From NCBI GenBank assembly GCA_024641705.1, contig JAHECO010000001.1, positions 195,897 to 259,896 on the forward strand: DNA of 64,000 nt, read 5' to 3'. This stretch comes from Candidatus Kryptoniota bacterium. Its GTDB lineage: Bacteria > Bacteroidota > Ignavibacteria > Kryptoniales > JAKASW01. A model generated the notes under the pieces. The model was not told the origin of the DNA and ran no database searches. It saw only the letters and a program-made list of their open reading frames with translations. Both the position numbers and the translations under genes were made by a program. Shown one piece after another: positions 1 to 8,842 of the stretch (within the stretch, counting starts at the first letter, position 1; each line of letters opens with the position of its first letter).

Positions 1-1
1 C

Positions 2-289
2 GTGGTGACCAACCCCACCCACTATGCGATTGCGATCAAGTACGACCAGGCGGTAATGTCAGCCCCCAAAGTCGTGGCGAAAGGCAGAGACCTCATCGCG
101 CAGAAGATAAAGGAGATAGCCGCCGAGCACAATATCCCGATCGTCGAGGATAAACCGCTGGCGCAGCTTCTCTATAAGACGGTTGAGATTGACGAACAGA
201 TTCCATCCGACCTCTTCAAGGCCGTGGCGCAGATACTGGCTTATATCTATCAAATGAAGAAAATGAAACGCGGTTACGGAGCGAGCTAG
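2..289 (+). CDS. flhB: Flagellar export protein FlhB, C-terminal fragment (5' end outside window)
   Basis: NPTH autocleavage motif at the start of the ORF (VTNPTHYAIAIKY), then the conserved FlhB C-terminal block APKVVAKG..IAQKI..A....IPIVE..PLA..LY; directly precedes flhA. Confidence 0.85.
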   Translation: MVTNPTHYAIAIKYDQAVMSAPKVVAKGRDLIAQKIKEIAAEHNIPIVEDKPLAQLLYKTVEIDEQIPSDLFKAVAQILAYIYQMKKMKRGYGAS

Positions 290-290
290 A

Positions 291-2369
291 GTGGCAACGA
301 CCGTAGAAAGAATATCCGGCAGCAGGGCCTTCAGAGTGGCGGGCAAGAACACCGACCTCGCTCTCGCGGGACTCGTGCTGCTAATTCTGTCGATGATGAT
401 CGTGCCGCTTCCTCCGTTCCTCCTCGACGTCCTGATCTCCGCAAACATCACTTTCTCGATCGTCCTGCTGATGGTGGCCATGTACGTCACGAGCCCGCTC
501 GAGTTGTCCGCCTTCCCGGGCTTACTTCTGATACTCACATTGTTCCGGCTATCTCTCAACGTTGCATCTGCCAGGCTGATCCTCAGCCAGGGGTACGCCG
601 GCGAGGTGATCCATGCCTTCGGCTCGTTCGTGGTCCAGGGCAATTATGTGGTCGGCGTCATCATCTTCATTATCCTCGCAACGATTCAGTTTGTCGTGAT
701 CATAAAGGGATCGGGAAGGATCGCCGAAGTGACCGCCAGGTTCACTCTCGATGCCATGCCCGGAAAGCAGATGAGCATAGACGCAGATCTGAACTCCGGC
801 CTTATAAATGAAGAGCAGGCGAGGCAGCGGAGGATGACCCTGCAGAGGGAAGCCGATTTCTTCGGGGCGATGGACGGTGCCAGCAAGTTTGTGAAAGGGG
901 ATGCGATCGCAGGCGTGATCATCATCCTTGTCAACGTCATCGGCGGTTTCATCATCGGCATGGCACAGCTCGGCATGTCGTTCACGGAGTCGCTCGCCAG
1001 GTATACGCTGCTGACGATCGGAGACGGCCTCGTTACCCAGATCCCGGCACTCGTCATTTCGACTGCTGCCGGTATGGTCGTTACGAGGAGCGCTTCGGGG
1101 AACCAGCTGGACGTGGAGTTGAGACGCCAGCTCTTTTCGCGCCCGAAGGCTCTCTACATTGCCGGAGGCACACTCGGCTTTTTCGCCATCATCCCCGGGC
1201 TCCCGACCGTACCGTTCCTCGCACTCGGCTCGATTATGGCGGCCGCCGGCTACATGCGTTCGCAAATGTCCATGAAGAAGCCCGAAGAGACCGATGTGAA
1301 GGCCGCCGCGGGCGAAAAGAAGGAAGAGAAGATCGAGTCCTACCTGCAGGTAGACCCGATCGAGGTCGAGATAGGTTACGGACTCATCTCCATGGTCGAT
1401 GAAGAGGCGGGAGGCGACCTGTTCCAGCGCATAACGAACCTCAGGAAACAGATCGCCCTCGAGCTCGGCCTGATCGTCCCGCCGATCCGCGTGCGCGACA
1501 ACCTGCAATTACAGCCGAGTCACTATGTCGTAAAGATTCGCGGCGTGCAGGTGACCTCAGGCGAGTTGTACATGGACCGCTACCTTGCGATGAGCCCTTC
1601 CATGAAGGAAGGGGACATACCGGGGATCTTCGTGACCGATCCCACATTCGGACTCCCTGCAGTCTGGATAGAGAAGTCGCAGCGGGACAACGCGGAGGTG
1701 CTGGGTTATACCGTCGTCGAGGCGGCCGCCGTCCTGTCGACGCACCTCGGTGAGACGCTGAAGAAGAACGCCGACAAGATCCTGAGCAGGCAGGAGGTCA
1801 AGATACTGATCGACAATCTGAAGAAAGAATACCAGGCCCTGGTAGACGAGATAAATCCGGACGTCCTTCCGCTTGGCACGCTGCAGAAGGTGCTTCAGAA
1901 TCTTCTCAAGGAACGCGTCCCGATCCGGGATCTTGTAACGATCATCGAAAGCCTGCTCGATTATTCGAAAGTCACGAAGAATACAGAGGTGCTCACCGAG
2001 TATGTGCGTCACGCGCTGTCGGAAACCATAGCCGCCCTTTTCGCGGACCCGTCGGGCGTCATCCACGCGATCGCGCTCGACCCAAGCATCGAGCAGATAC
2101 TCTCGAGCTCACTCCAGAATCAAAAGGAAGTGACGAGCACGCTCGGCCTCTCCCCGGAAGTTACGAAAGGAATTAACGGCAGCGTATCCAAGAACGTGGA
2201 ACATGCGCAATCGTTCGGATACGACCCGGTCATCATATGCTCCGCTACGGTCCGGCTGTATTTCTACCGGCTCATACACACAAACTTCCAGCAGGTAGCA
2301 GTCACGTCATACACTGAATTACCGGCCAGGACCGAGATCGATATTATCGGAAGGATCACAGCCCAATGA
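291..2369 (+). CDS. flhA: Flagellar type III export gate protein FlhA
   Basis: 692 aa. N-terminal polytopic membrane region, the FHIPEP-type block GEVIHAFGSFVVQGNYVVG..VIIKGSGRIAEV.ARFTLDAMPGKQMSIDADL, and a large cytoplasmic C-domain. GTG start at 291. Confidence 0.95.
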   Translation: MATTVERISGSRAFRVAGKNTDLALAGLVLLILSMMIVPLPPFLLDVLISANITFSIVLLMVAMYVTSPLELSAFPGLLLILTLFRLSLNVASARLILSQGYAGEVIHAFGSFVVQGNYVVGVIIFIILATIQFVVIIKGSGRIAEVTARFTLDAMPGKQMSIDADLNSGLINEEQARQRRMTLQREADFFGAMDGASKFVKGDAIAGVIIILVNVIGGFIIGMAQLGMSFTESLARYTLLTIGDGLVTQIPALVISTAAGMVVTRSASGNQLDVELRRQLFSRPKALYIAGGTLGFFAIIPGLPTVPFLALGSIMAAAGYMRSQMSMKKPEETDVKAAAGEKKEEKIESYLQVDPIEVEIGYGLISMVDEEAGGDLFQRITNLRKQIALELGLIVPPIRVRDNLQLQPSHYVVKIRGVQVTSGELYMDRYLAMSPSMKEGDIPGIFVTDPTFGLPAVWIEKSQRDNAEVLGYTVVEAAAVLSTHLGETLKKNADKILSRQEVKILIDNLKKEYQALVDEINPDVLPLGTLQKVLQNLLKERVPIRDLVTIIESLLDYSKVTKNTEVLTEYVRHALSETIAALFADPSGVIHAIALDPSIEQILSSSLQNQKEVTSTLGLSPEVTKGINGSVSKNVEHAQSFGYDPVIICSATVRLYFYRLIHTNFQQVAVTSYTELPARTEIDIIGRITAQ

Positions 2370-3601
2370 GAATCAAGAAATTCACAGGATCCACCGCCAA
2401 GGAGGCCGCGGATAAGATGCGGCAGGAATTCGGGGACGAGGCGGTTATTCTGAACACCCGCCGCGTATCGAAGGGAAGTGTACTCGCAGGTGGGAACGCC
2501 GAATATGTCGAAGTCACTGCGGCGTACGACGAAGCTCCGATGAAAGTGCAATCCCTGCGCCCGGCGAAGCCCAGGGCGACCGCTCCCGCTGCGGGTGAGG
2601 ATGTCCTCGGGAGCCTCCGCCAGCTGGCTTCGAAATTCGAAGAGAAGCGAAAGACGGACGGAGGACAGAAGCAGCTTCCGCCGGCAGTCGTCCAGGCTGC
2701 CTCCGGTGCCGAAAGCGAAGCGCTGAAGGCGGAACTTTCGGAAGTGAAGAGCGCCCTCGGTGAAATCGCACAGCATATCAAACACTCGAAGATGCCGGTT
2801 CTTTCCGAGACACTGAAGAATGTTTACACATCACTGCTGGAAAGCGAGGTAGAGGAAGAGATCGCACTTGAGCTGGTCCAATCGTGCAACCATACGCTCA
2901 GCGGCGGTGAGATCGACAACCAGTTTGCCGTCGACGCGTTTATCTTCGGGTCGATAGCACGCCGGTTCCTTGAGGCCCCGGTGCGCAGGCTCGGAAGAAA
3001 AGGCCACGTGGTCGCGCTTGTCGGTCCGACCGGCGTCGGGAAGACGACGACCGTCGCAAAGCTCGCCTCCATCAGCAAGCTCGTCAAAGGGGAGAACGTG
3101 GCGCTTATAACGGCGGACACATACAGGATCGGTGCGATCGACCAGCTGAAGGCCTTTGCAGACATAGCGTCCATTCCGCTCTCCGTCGTCTACACGCCGG
3201 ACGAGATGATTGCCGCGATAAAGAAGTTCTCGAATTACGACAGCATCTATATAGACACCGTAGGCAGGAGCCAGCGGAGCGCGGACAAGATAATGGAGCT
3301 CGGCAGGTTCATCGACGCGGCGGACCCGAACGAAGTGCATCTCGTGCTGAGCGCGAACTTCTCCCTCAATACCGTGCGCGACATATACAAGAAATTCAAG
3401 AGCCTGAAGCCGAACAGACTCCTCATAACGAAGATCGACGAAGCGGTGTCGCTCGGAATGCTTCTCAGCCTTGCCCGGGATTCAAGGCTGCCGTTCTCTT
3501 TCCTGACGGACGGACAGAGCGTGCCGGACGACATCGAGCCGATATCCGGAGACAAACTCTCGAAAATGATTTACAAAGTCGGAGTCGAAGCGCATGCTTG
3601 A
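2366..3601 (+). CDS. flhF: Flagellar SRP-like GTPase FlhF
   Basis: G1 GPTGVGKTTT, DTVGRS and TKIDE motifs in the C-terminal half; ATGA overlap with the flhA stop. Confidence 0.9.
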   Translation: MRIKKFTGSTAKEAADKMRQEFGDEAVILNTRRVSKGSVLAGGNAEYVEVTAAYDEAPMKVQSLRPAKPRATAPAAGEDVLGSLRQLASKFEEKRKTDGGQKQLPPAVVQAASGAESEALKAELSEVKSALGEIAQHIKHSKMPVLSETLKNVYTSLLESEVEEEIALELVQSCNHTLSGGEIDNQFAVDAFIFGSIARRFLEAPVRRLGRKGHVVALVGPTGVGKTTTVAKLASISKLVKGENVALITADTYRIGAIDQLKAFADIASIPLSVVYTPDEMIAAIKKFSNYDSIYIDTVGRSQRSADKIMELGRFIDAADPNEVHLVLSANFSLNTVRDIYKKFKSLKPNRLLITKIDEAVSLGMLLSLARDSRLPFSFLTDGQSVPDDIEPISGDKLSKMIYKVGVEAHA

Positions 3602-4418
3602 TCAGGCAGTGAAACTGAGAGAAGTGGTGAATGCCCAGACGACCGTAGCGCCTCTCGGGTCGCAGCCGCATAAGATTACAGTGGTGAGCGGAAAGGGCGG
3701 CGTTGGGAAGAGTAACATCGCGCTGAACCTGGGACTGGCTCTTGCGCGCGACGGTGCCCGGGTACTCCTGGTCGACGGTAATGTCAACCTCTCGAACCTC
3801 GATATCCTTTCCGGCGCGTCTCCCTCGTACAGGTTGTTCGACGTCATAGATGGGAATGTCAGGCTCAAAGATGCCGTGGCCGAGATATCCAGAAACGTCT
3901 TCCTACTGGCGGGTTCGTCGGACGGGCGGCTCAAGAGACTGACATCCGGAGACGCGGCGACTTTCTTCAAGGAGGTAAGACTGACGGAGCCGGCCTTCCA
4001 CTATGCCGTCATCGACACGGCGGGCGGGATCGTGCAGGAATCCATTTCTCTGGCCCTCCTTTCGGACGAAGTCCTCGTCGTCTCGACGCCGGAGCCGACC
4101 GCCGTCATGGATGCCTACGTGCTGGTCAAGGCTATAAAGAGAATTAATTCCAGCGCGGACCTGAAACTCCTCATCAACAGGGCAAGGGACGCCGAAGAGG
4201 CGGAAGAGGTCAGGACCAAGTTCGATCTGGTGAGCGAGCATTTCCTGAACATGAAAATCGATTACGCCGGATTCATCCCCTGGGATGAATCGGTCGAAAA
4301 GGCGGTCAGCGCGCAGTCGCCGTTGATGAAGGAATTCCCGGAATCGCAGTCGTCGAGGGCGCTGACGGTCATCGCGGACCGCATATTGTCTAAAGGATCT
4401 TTCGGAAAGAAGAAATAA
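3594..4418 (+). CDS. flhG: MinD/ParA-type ATPase FlhG (FleN/YlxH)
   Basis: Deviant Walker A SGKGGVGKS; position after flhF; 8-nt overlap with flhF. Confidence 0.85.
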   Translation: MLDQAVKLREVVNAQTTVAPLGSQPHKITVVSGKGGVGKSNIALNLGLALARDGARVLLVDGNVNLSNLDILSGASPSYRLFDVIDGNVRLKDAVAEISRNVFLLAGSSDGRLKRLTSGDAATFFKEVRLTEPAFHYAVIDTAGGIVQESISLALLSDEVLVVSTPEPTAVMDAYVLVKAIKRINSSADLKLLINRARDAEEAEEVRTKFDLVSEHFLNMKIDYAGFIPWDESVEKAVSAQSPLMKEFPESQSSRALTVIADRILSKGSFGKKK

Positions 4419-4687
4419 TGGACAAGCTTGGGACTAGAATACCGATGCTCATCTTTTTCCTGGGAGTCGTCTACTTCGTTTCGAACGGGTTCGACGTCGT
4501 CGACGCCGTCATCAGGGCATTCATGCTCGCCTTCGGCGTGGCTCTGATAATCCTCGTCCTTACGATGTTGCTGATGTTCTTCCTCACTCTCGAAAAAAAC
4601 AGATCCGAAATCATGAAAGTCTCCGCAGCCGAGGAACACGGCCAGAACGTGTCGCTGCACGAGAAGAAAGTTGAGATGCAGGCATGA
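4418..4687 (+). CDS. Small predicted two-TM membrane protein, unknown function
   Basis: 89 aa with two hydrophobic stretches (IPMLIFFLGVVYFV; AFMLAFGVALIILVLTMLLMFFL). TAATG overlap with flhG and ATGA overlap with fliA suggest it is translated. Confidence 0.45.
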   Translation: MDKLGTRIPMLIFFLGVVYFVSNGFDVVDAVIRAFMLAFGVALIILVLTMLLMFFLTLEKNRSEIMKVSAAEEHGQNVSLHEKKVEMQA

Positions 4688-5412
4688 GTAATCAGGAGCT
4701 CTGGGAGAAATACGCCAGGCGCCGCACCGCGGCTGTAAAAAAGGAACTCGTCCTTTCCTACATGAACCTGGTCAAATTCGCGGCGCGCGCGATCAACCTC
4801 CCGCCCAAGTGCGTGTTCAGCAGCGAAGACCTGATGAGTATAGGAATAATCGGGCTCGTGGAAGCGATCGAAAGGTTCGACCCCTACAGAGGAGTGAAGT
4901 TCGAGACGTTCGCCTCGCAGAGGATCCGGGGAGTCATGCTGGACGAGATCAGGAAGGTGGACTGGCTCCCGCGATCGGTCCGAGACAAGTACAAGAAGGC
5001 TTCGAAATCCCTGAGCAAGCTGGATATGAACAGCATTAACGGCGAGAAATACGCGCGGGCGATCAACATGACCATCAGTGAGTTTGAGCAGATAAAAGGT
5101 TATCTCGCGAATTCCGAGGCCGTATCGCTTACGAGAACGATCGGCGAAGACATGACTCTCGAAGACGTCATCGGCGGCGACAGCGAAGTCGTCGAGCAGT
5201 TCGAAGAAGAGGAACTGCGCGAACAGCTCGTCGCAAGACTGAAAAAGCTCCCCGAGAGAGAACGAATGGTCATTACACTTTACTACTACGAGGAGCTCAC
5301 GTTCAAGGAAATCGGGAAAACTCTCGGGATCAGCGAGTCGAGGGTGTCACAGATACACTCTGAAGTGATCTCGAAGCTCAAGGATTCAATCAGGAAGGTT
5401 GTTGAACTATGA
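4684..5412 (+). CDS. fliA: Flagellar sigma factor FliA (sigma-28)
   Basis: Region 2 (GIIGLVEAIERFDP..G.KFETFA..RIRG) and region 4 (LPERERMVITLYYYEELTFKEIGKTLGISESRVSQIH); flagellar context. Confidence 0.9.
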   Translation: MSNQELWEKYARRRTAAVKKELVLSYMNLVKFAARAINLPPKCVFSSEDLMSIGIIGLVEAIERFDPYRGVKFETFASQRIRGVMLDEIRKVDWLPRSVRDKYKKASKSLSKLDMNSINGEKYARAINMTISEFEQIKGYLANSEAVSLTRTIGEDMTLEDVIGGDSEVVEQFEEEELREQLVARLKKLPERERMVITLYYYEELTFKEIGKTLGISESRVSQIHSEVISKLKDSIRKVVEL

Positions 5413-6575
5413 TAGGGGTCGGACAATTGACTGACAGGTTACTAAATATAAAAGACTTGCCGACGTTCCCGACGACCGCACTCGAGGTTATGCGTCTTGC
5501 CAGCGATTCCGACAGCAGTGCGGCGGAACTGGCGAGAATAATTTCGAAGGATCCGGCACTCGCTACGAAGATACTCAGGGTGGCGAATTCACCGTACTAC
5601 AGCTTTGCGAGAAAGATCTCAACCGTCGAGTGGGCGATAGTCGCCCTCGGCTTCGAGACGCTTCGGGAATCGGTGCTGTCGCTCACGCTGATCGACCTGT
5701 TCAGGGGAAGTGCCATGAAGCAGTTCGATCCCCGGAAGTTCTGGAAGCATGCGATAGACACGGCGACGGCAGGCCGTTCCCTCGCGAGAGAGCTGAAGTA
5801 CAGGATCCCCGGTGAAGCGTATGCGGCCGGACTCCTGCACGACATAGGAACGCTGGTCCTCTACAGGTATTTCCAGGAGGACTTCGAGGAGATAAACAGG
5901 CTGATTAACGAAGAGAATATGCAGCCCTCGCAGGCAGAGGTGGTCGTTACCGGCACCACGCACGGCGAGGTCGGAGCGTGGCTCGCTTCGAAGTGGAATT
6001 TTCCTTCTTATCTCGTCGAAGCGATACAGTTCCGTCATACACCCGCCTTCGCGGAGGTCAATCCGGAATTGACCGCGATAACTCACGTCGCGAGCCTCAT
6101 TGCCTCCTGCACCGGTTACTCATGCGCCGACAAGCCGTTGAAGTTCGACATGGCGGCAGTGCAGCTGATTGGGATCGACAAACTCGGCGTTTCCGTGACT
6201 GCCCTCGCCGACAAGTACATCGGCGATGATGCGTCGACTCTCGTCAAGGTCAAGATACCAATGACGGACTACTTGCCGGGTGCAGAGCCGCATGATGCCG
6301 GCAATGAACCCGCGCCCGAGCCGCCGGAGGAAGTCGACGACGGCACACTCAAAAGATTTTTCAAGGACGCGATCAAGCTCCTCCCATCGACGGAGAGGCT
6401 CGTCGTTACATTGAAGCTTTACGAAGGGCTGGAATTAAGACAGGTCGCCACCGTCCTCGGCTACGAGGAGGTAAGGGTGGCGGAATACTACAAGAATGCG
6501 ATCGGTGTCCTCCAGCAAATGGCAGAACGCGCAATCTTAACAAACAGGTTGGACCAATGGAAAATGAAATACTGA
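5409..6575 (+). CDS. HDOD-domain protein with a C-terminal sigma-70 region-4-like HTH
   Basis: HDOD hallmarks (LPTFP..A..V..L......S..ELA.II..DPAL..KILR.ANS.YY; GLLHDIGTLVL). Residues ~313-373 (nt 6345-6527) read LLPSTERLVVTLKLYEGLELRQVATVLGYEEVRVAEYYKNAIGVL, a sigma region 4.2 signature. Confidence 0.8.
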   Translation: MIGVGQLTDRLLNIKDLPTFPTTALEVMRLASDSDSSAAELARIISKDPALATKILRVANSPYYSFARKISTVEWAIVALGFETLRESVLSLTLIDLFRGSAMKQFDPRKFWKHAIDTATAGRSLARELKYRIPGEAYAAGLLHDIGTLVLYRYFQEDFEEINRLINEENMQPSQAEVVVTGTTHGEVGAWLASKWNFPSYLVEAIQFRHTPAFAEVNPELTAITHVASLIASCTGYSCADKPLKFDMAAVQLIGIDKLGVSVTALADKYIGDDASTLVKVKIPMTDYLPGAEPHDAGNEPAPEPPEEVDDGTLKRFFKDAIKLLPSTERLVVTLKLYEGLELRQVATVLGYEEVRVAEYYKNAIGVLQQMAERAILTNRLDQWKMKY

Positions 6576-7417
6576 AGGAAAAGGTACAGAATATAATTCA
6601 GCTTCCGGCGCTGCCGACGATTGCAGTCGAGGTCGCTTCCCTGATAGACAACCCGAACACCAGCGTGTCGAAACTGACGCAGGTGATTTCGGCGGACCAG
6701 GTTCTGACGGCGAAAGTGCTGAAGATCGCGAATTCTCCGTTCTACGGATTCCAGCGCAGGATATCGACGCTCGATTTCGCGATAATGGTGCTAGGCTTCG
6801 ATTCGCTCAAGGAGATACTCATAAGTGTCTCCCTCATAAGCTCGTTCAAGAAGAAGCAGGACAAGTACTTCGATTCGAGGGAATTCTGGGAACACTCGCT
6901 CGCGACAGGAATCGCCGCCCGTACCCTTGCCAGACAGCTCGGCTACAGGATAAGCGGCGAGTCTTTCGTCGCGGGGCTGATACACGATATCGGGATACTC
7001 GTGACTCACCAGTACTTTCACGACGATTACAAGCGGATTGTCGACGCCGTAACGGAGGGGAAATCGACTTTCCAGGACATGGAGCAGGCGGTATTGTTCG
7101 CCACGCATGGAGACATCGGTGCCTGGCTCGCCGAGCGGTGGAACCTGCCGGACCAGTTGATCGAGGCGATAAAATTTCACCACAAGCCGGGGCTTGCGGA
7201 GAAGAACGTGCAACTGACGGCGTTGATTCACTTCGTCGATTACCTCTGCCATAAACTGGGCATAGGGGCTCTTTCGTACGAGAAAGTCGACAGTTTTGAT
7301 CCGGAGGCGCTTAAGATCCTTAACATATCGGAGGCGGAGATCACACAGGCGTTCTTCGATTCCTTCGGTTCCAAACTGCGCGAAGATCTTGAAAGGACAT
7401 TTGTAAACATTATCTGA
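6557..7417 (+). CDS. HDOD-domain protein (paralog of the preceding gene, no sigma4 tail)
   Basis: LPALPTIAVEV..L....NTSVSKL.QVIS.DQVLTAKVLKIANSPFYGF and GLIHDIGILV motifs. Confidence 0.85.
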   Translation: MENEILKEKVQNIIQLPALPTIAVEVASLIDNPNTSVSKLTQVISADQVLTAKVLKIANSPFYGFQRRISTLDFAIMVLGFDSLKEILISVSLISSFKKKQDKYFDSREFWEHSLATGIAARTLARQLGYRISGESFVAGLIHDIGILVTHQYFHDDYKRIVDAVTEGKSTFQDMEQAVLFATHGDIGAWLAERWNLPDQLIEAIKFHHKPGLAEKNVQLTALIHFVDYLCHKLGIGALSYEKVDSFDPEALKILNISEAEITQAFFDSFGSKLREDLERTFVNII

Positions 7418-7438
7418 TTTGTTCACCTGGAGAGTCTG

Positions 7439-8842
7439 ATGAAGAAGGACGAAATGATAGGGCAAGAGATAAAGAAAGACGACCAGAAACTCGGCGGTCA
7501 GAACGCTGCCGATGCCATAGAGCGTTTCATGGAGACGCGTGAGAGCTACATACGAGCTCTTGAAACGACCATCCAAGTGCTCAAGGGCAAGGTGGATTTG
7601 CACGAGAGGACCGAGACCAGCATAAAGCAGTCGTTGGACGAAATGGTCGCGATGCAGAGGCTGGCAAACACCATAAGCATAGCCACCGACCCCGTCTCCG
7701 TTTTCGATTCGCTTCTCGAGCTTACCCGGCAGGTGATACCGGTTGAGGAAAGCATGCTTTTCGAAGTGGGTGATTCGAGGTCCCGGACCAAACCTTTCCT
7801 GCAGACATGCTCCGACTACATGATTACAGCGTCCCAGCATCTTCTGGAGGAAGGGATCCTGGACTGGGTTATCGAACAGAAGAAGACCACAGTCGTACCT
7901 GACCTGAACACTTCAGTGGGAGAAGCGGGGGAGAGAAATTTCGTCGTGGTCCCGGTGGTTCTCCGCAACGAAGCGATCGGGGTTTACATCATACGTACCG
8001 AGAAAGTGCGCAGGGCATTCTCCGATCACGAGCTTGCGCTTCTCGGAATCCTGGCAAACCAGGCCGCGATAGCGATGGAAAATCTTAGGAACATCGACAG
8101 GCTGGTGAAAGCGGCGGACGAACTGAAGAAGTCGCAGGCCCAGATGTTGCAGGCGGCGAAGCTAGCCTCGTTGGGCGAACTCGCCGGCGGCATCGCGCAC
8201 GAGATCAACAACCCCCTGCAGATACTCCTCGGACACATCGCCCTTCTCCAGCAGGGGAAGGACATGGAGCACAGGGTCGAGATAATCCGAAATCAGGTCC
8301 AGAGGATAGCCCAGATTACGCGACAGCTCGTTTCGTTTTCGAGAAGCGTGCCCGAAGAACTGGAGCATGAACTTGTGAACGTGAACTGGGCGGTCAACGA
8401 GATCATAGCGCTGGTCGATTACCAGTTCAAGAATCGCGGCATCGAGTTCGACCTGCGTTTCTCGGAGGAAATTCCGCCGCTTGATTCCAACAAGAACTAC
8501 CTGCAGCAGGCGTTCCTGAACCTGCTTATAAACGCAAAGGATGCGATGCCGAGCGGAGGCAAGATGCTCATCGCGACGGAATTCGTGAACGGGAAAATAC
8601 AGATCCGCTTCACAGACTCCGGCACCGGCATAAAGAAGGAAAACCTTACGAAGATATTCGAGCCTTTCTTCACGACGAAAGAACCGGGAAGAGGAACGGG
8701 GCTCGGCCTGCCTATCACGAGAGGGATCGTGAGAAAGTTCGGAGGCGACATGAAAGTGGACAGCGTCGAAGGTCGCGGGACGACGTTCACGATGGTGCTT
8801 CCGGTAAAGGGTGTGGAAACAAGGAACGGAGGGATAAAGTAA
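7439..8842 (+). CDS. Cytoplasmic GAF-domain sensor histidine kinase
   Basis: No TM segment. GAF-like central region, H-box GIAHEINNPLQ, N-box LLINAKDAM, G1 DSGTGI, G2 GTGLGL. Confidence 0.85.
   Translation: MKKDEMIGQEIKKDDQKLGGQNAADAIERFMETRESYIRALETTIQVLKGKVDLHERTETSIKQSLDEMVAMQRLANTISIATDPVSVFDSLLELTRQVIPVEESMLFEVGDSRSRTKPFLQTCSDYMITASQHLLEEGILDWVIEQKKTTVVPDLNTSVGEAGERNFVVVPVVLRNEAIGVYIIRTEKVRRAFSDHELALLGILANQAAIAMENLRNIDRLVKAADELKKSQAQMLQAAKLASLGELAGGIAHEINNPLQILLGHIALLQQGKDMEHRVEIIRNQVQRIAQITRQLVSFSRSVPEELEHELVNVNWAVNEIIALVDYQFKNRGIEFDLRFSEEIPPLDSNKNYLQQAFLNLLINAKDAMPSGGKMLIATEFVNGKIQIRFTDSGTGIKKENLTKIFEPFFTTKEPGRGTGLGLPITRGIVRKFGGDMKVDSVEGRGTTFTMVLPVKGVETRNGGIK

Noticed and set aside
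549-1508. Long antisense ORFs overlapping recognisable genes, for example 549..1508(-), 6791..7840(-), 13232..13984(-), 20101..20928(-), 37227..38060(-), 49940..50794(-) and 62951..63778(-)
   Set aside because: Each lies opposite a gene with strong family motifs. Their products are Arg/Pro/Gly-rich with no motifs, as expected for shadow ORFs in GC-rich DNA.
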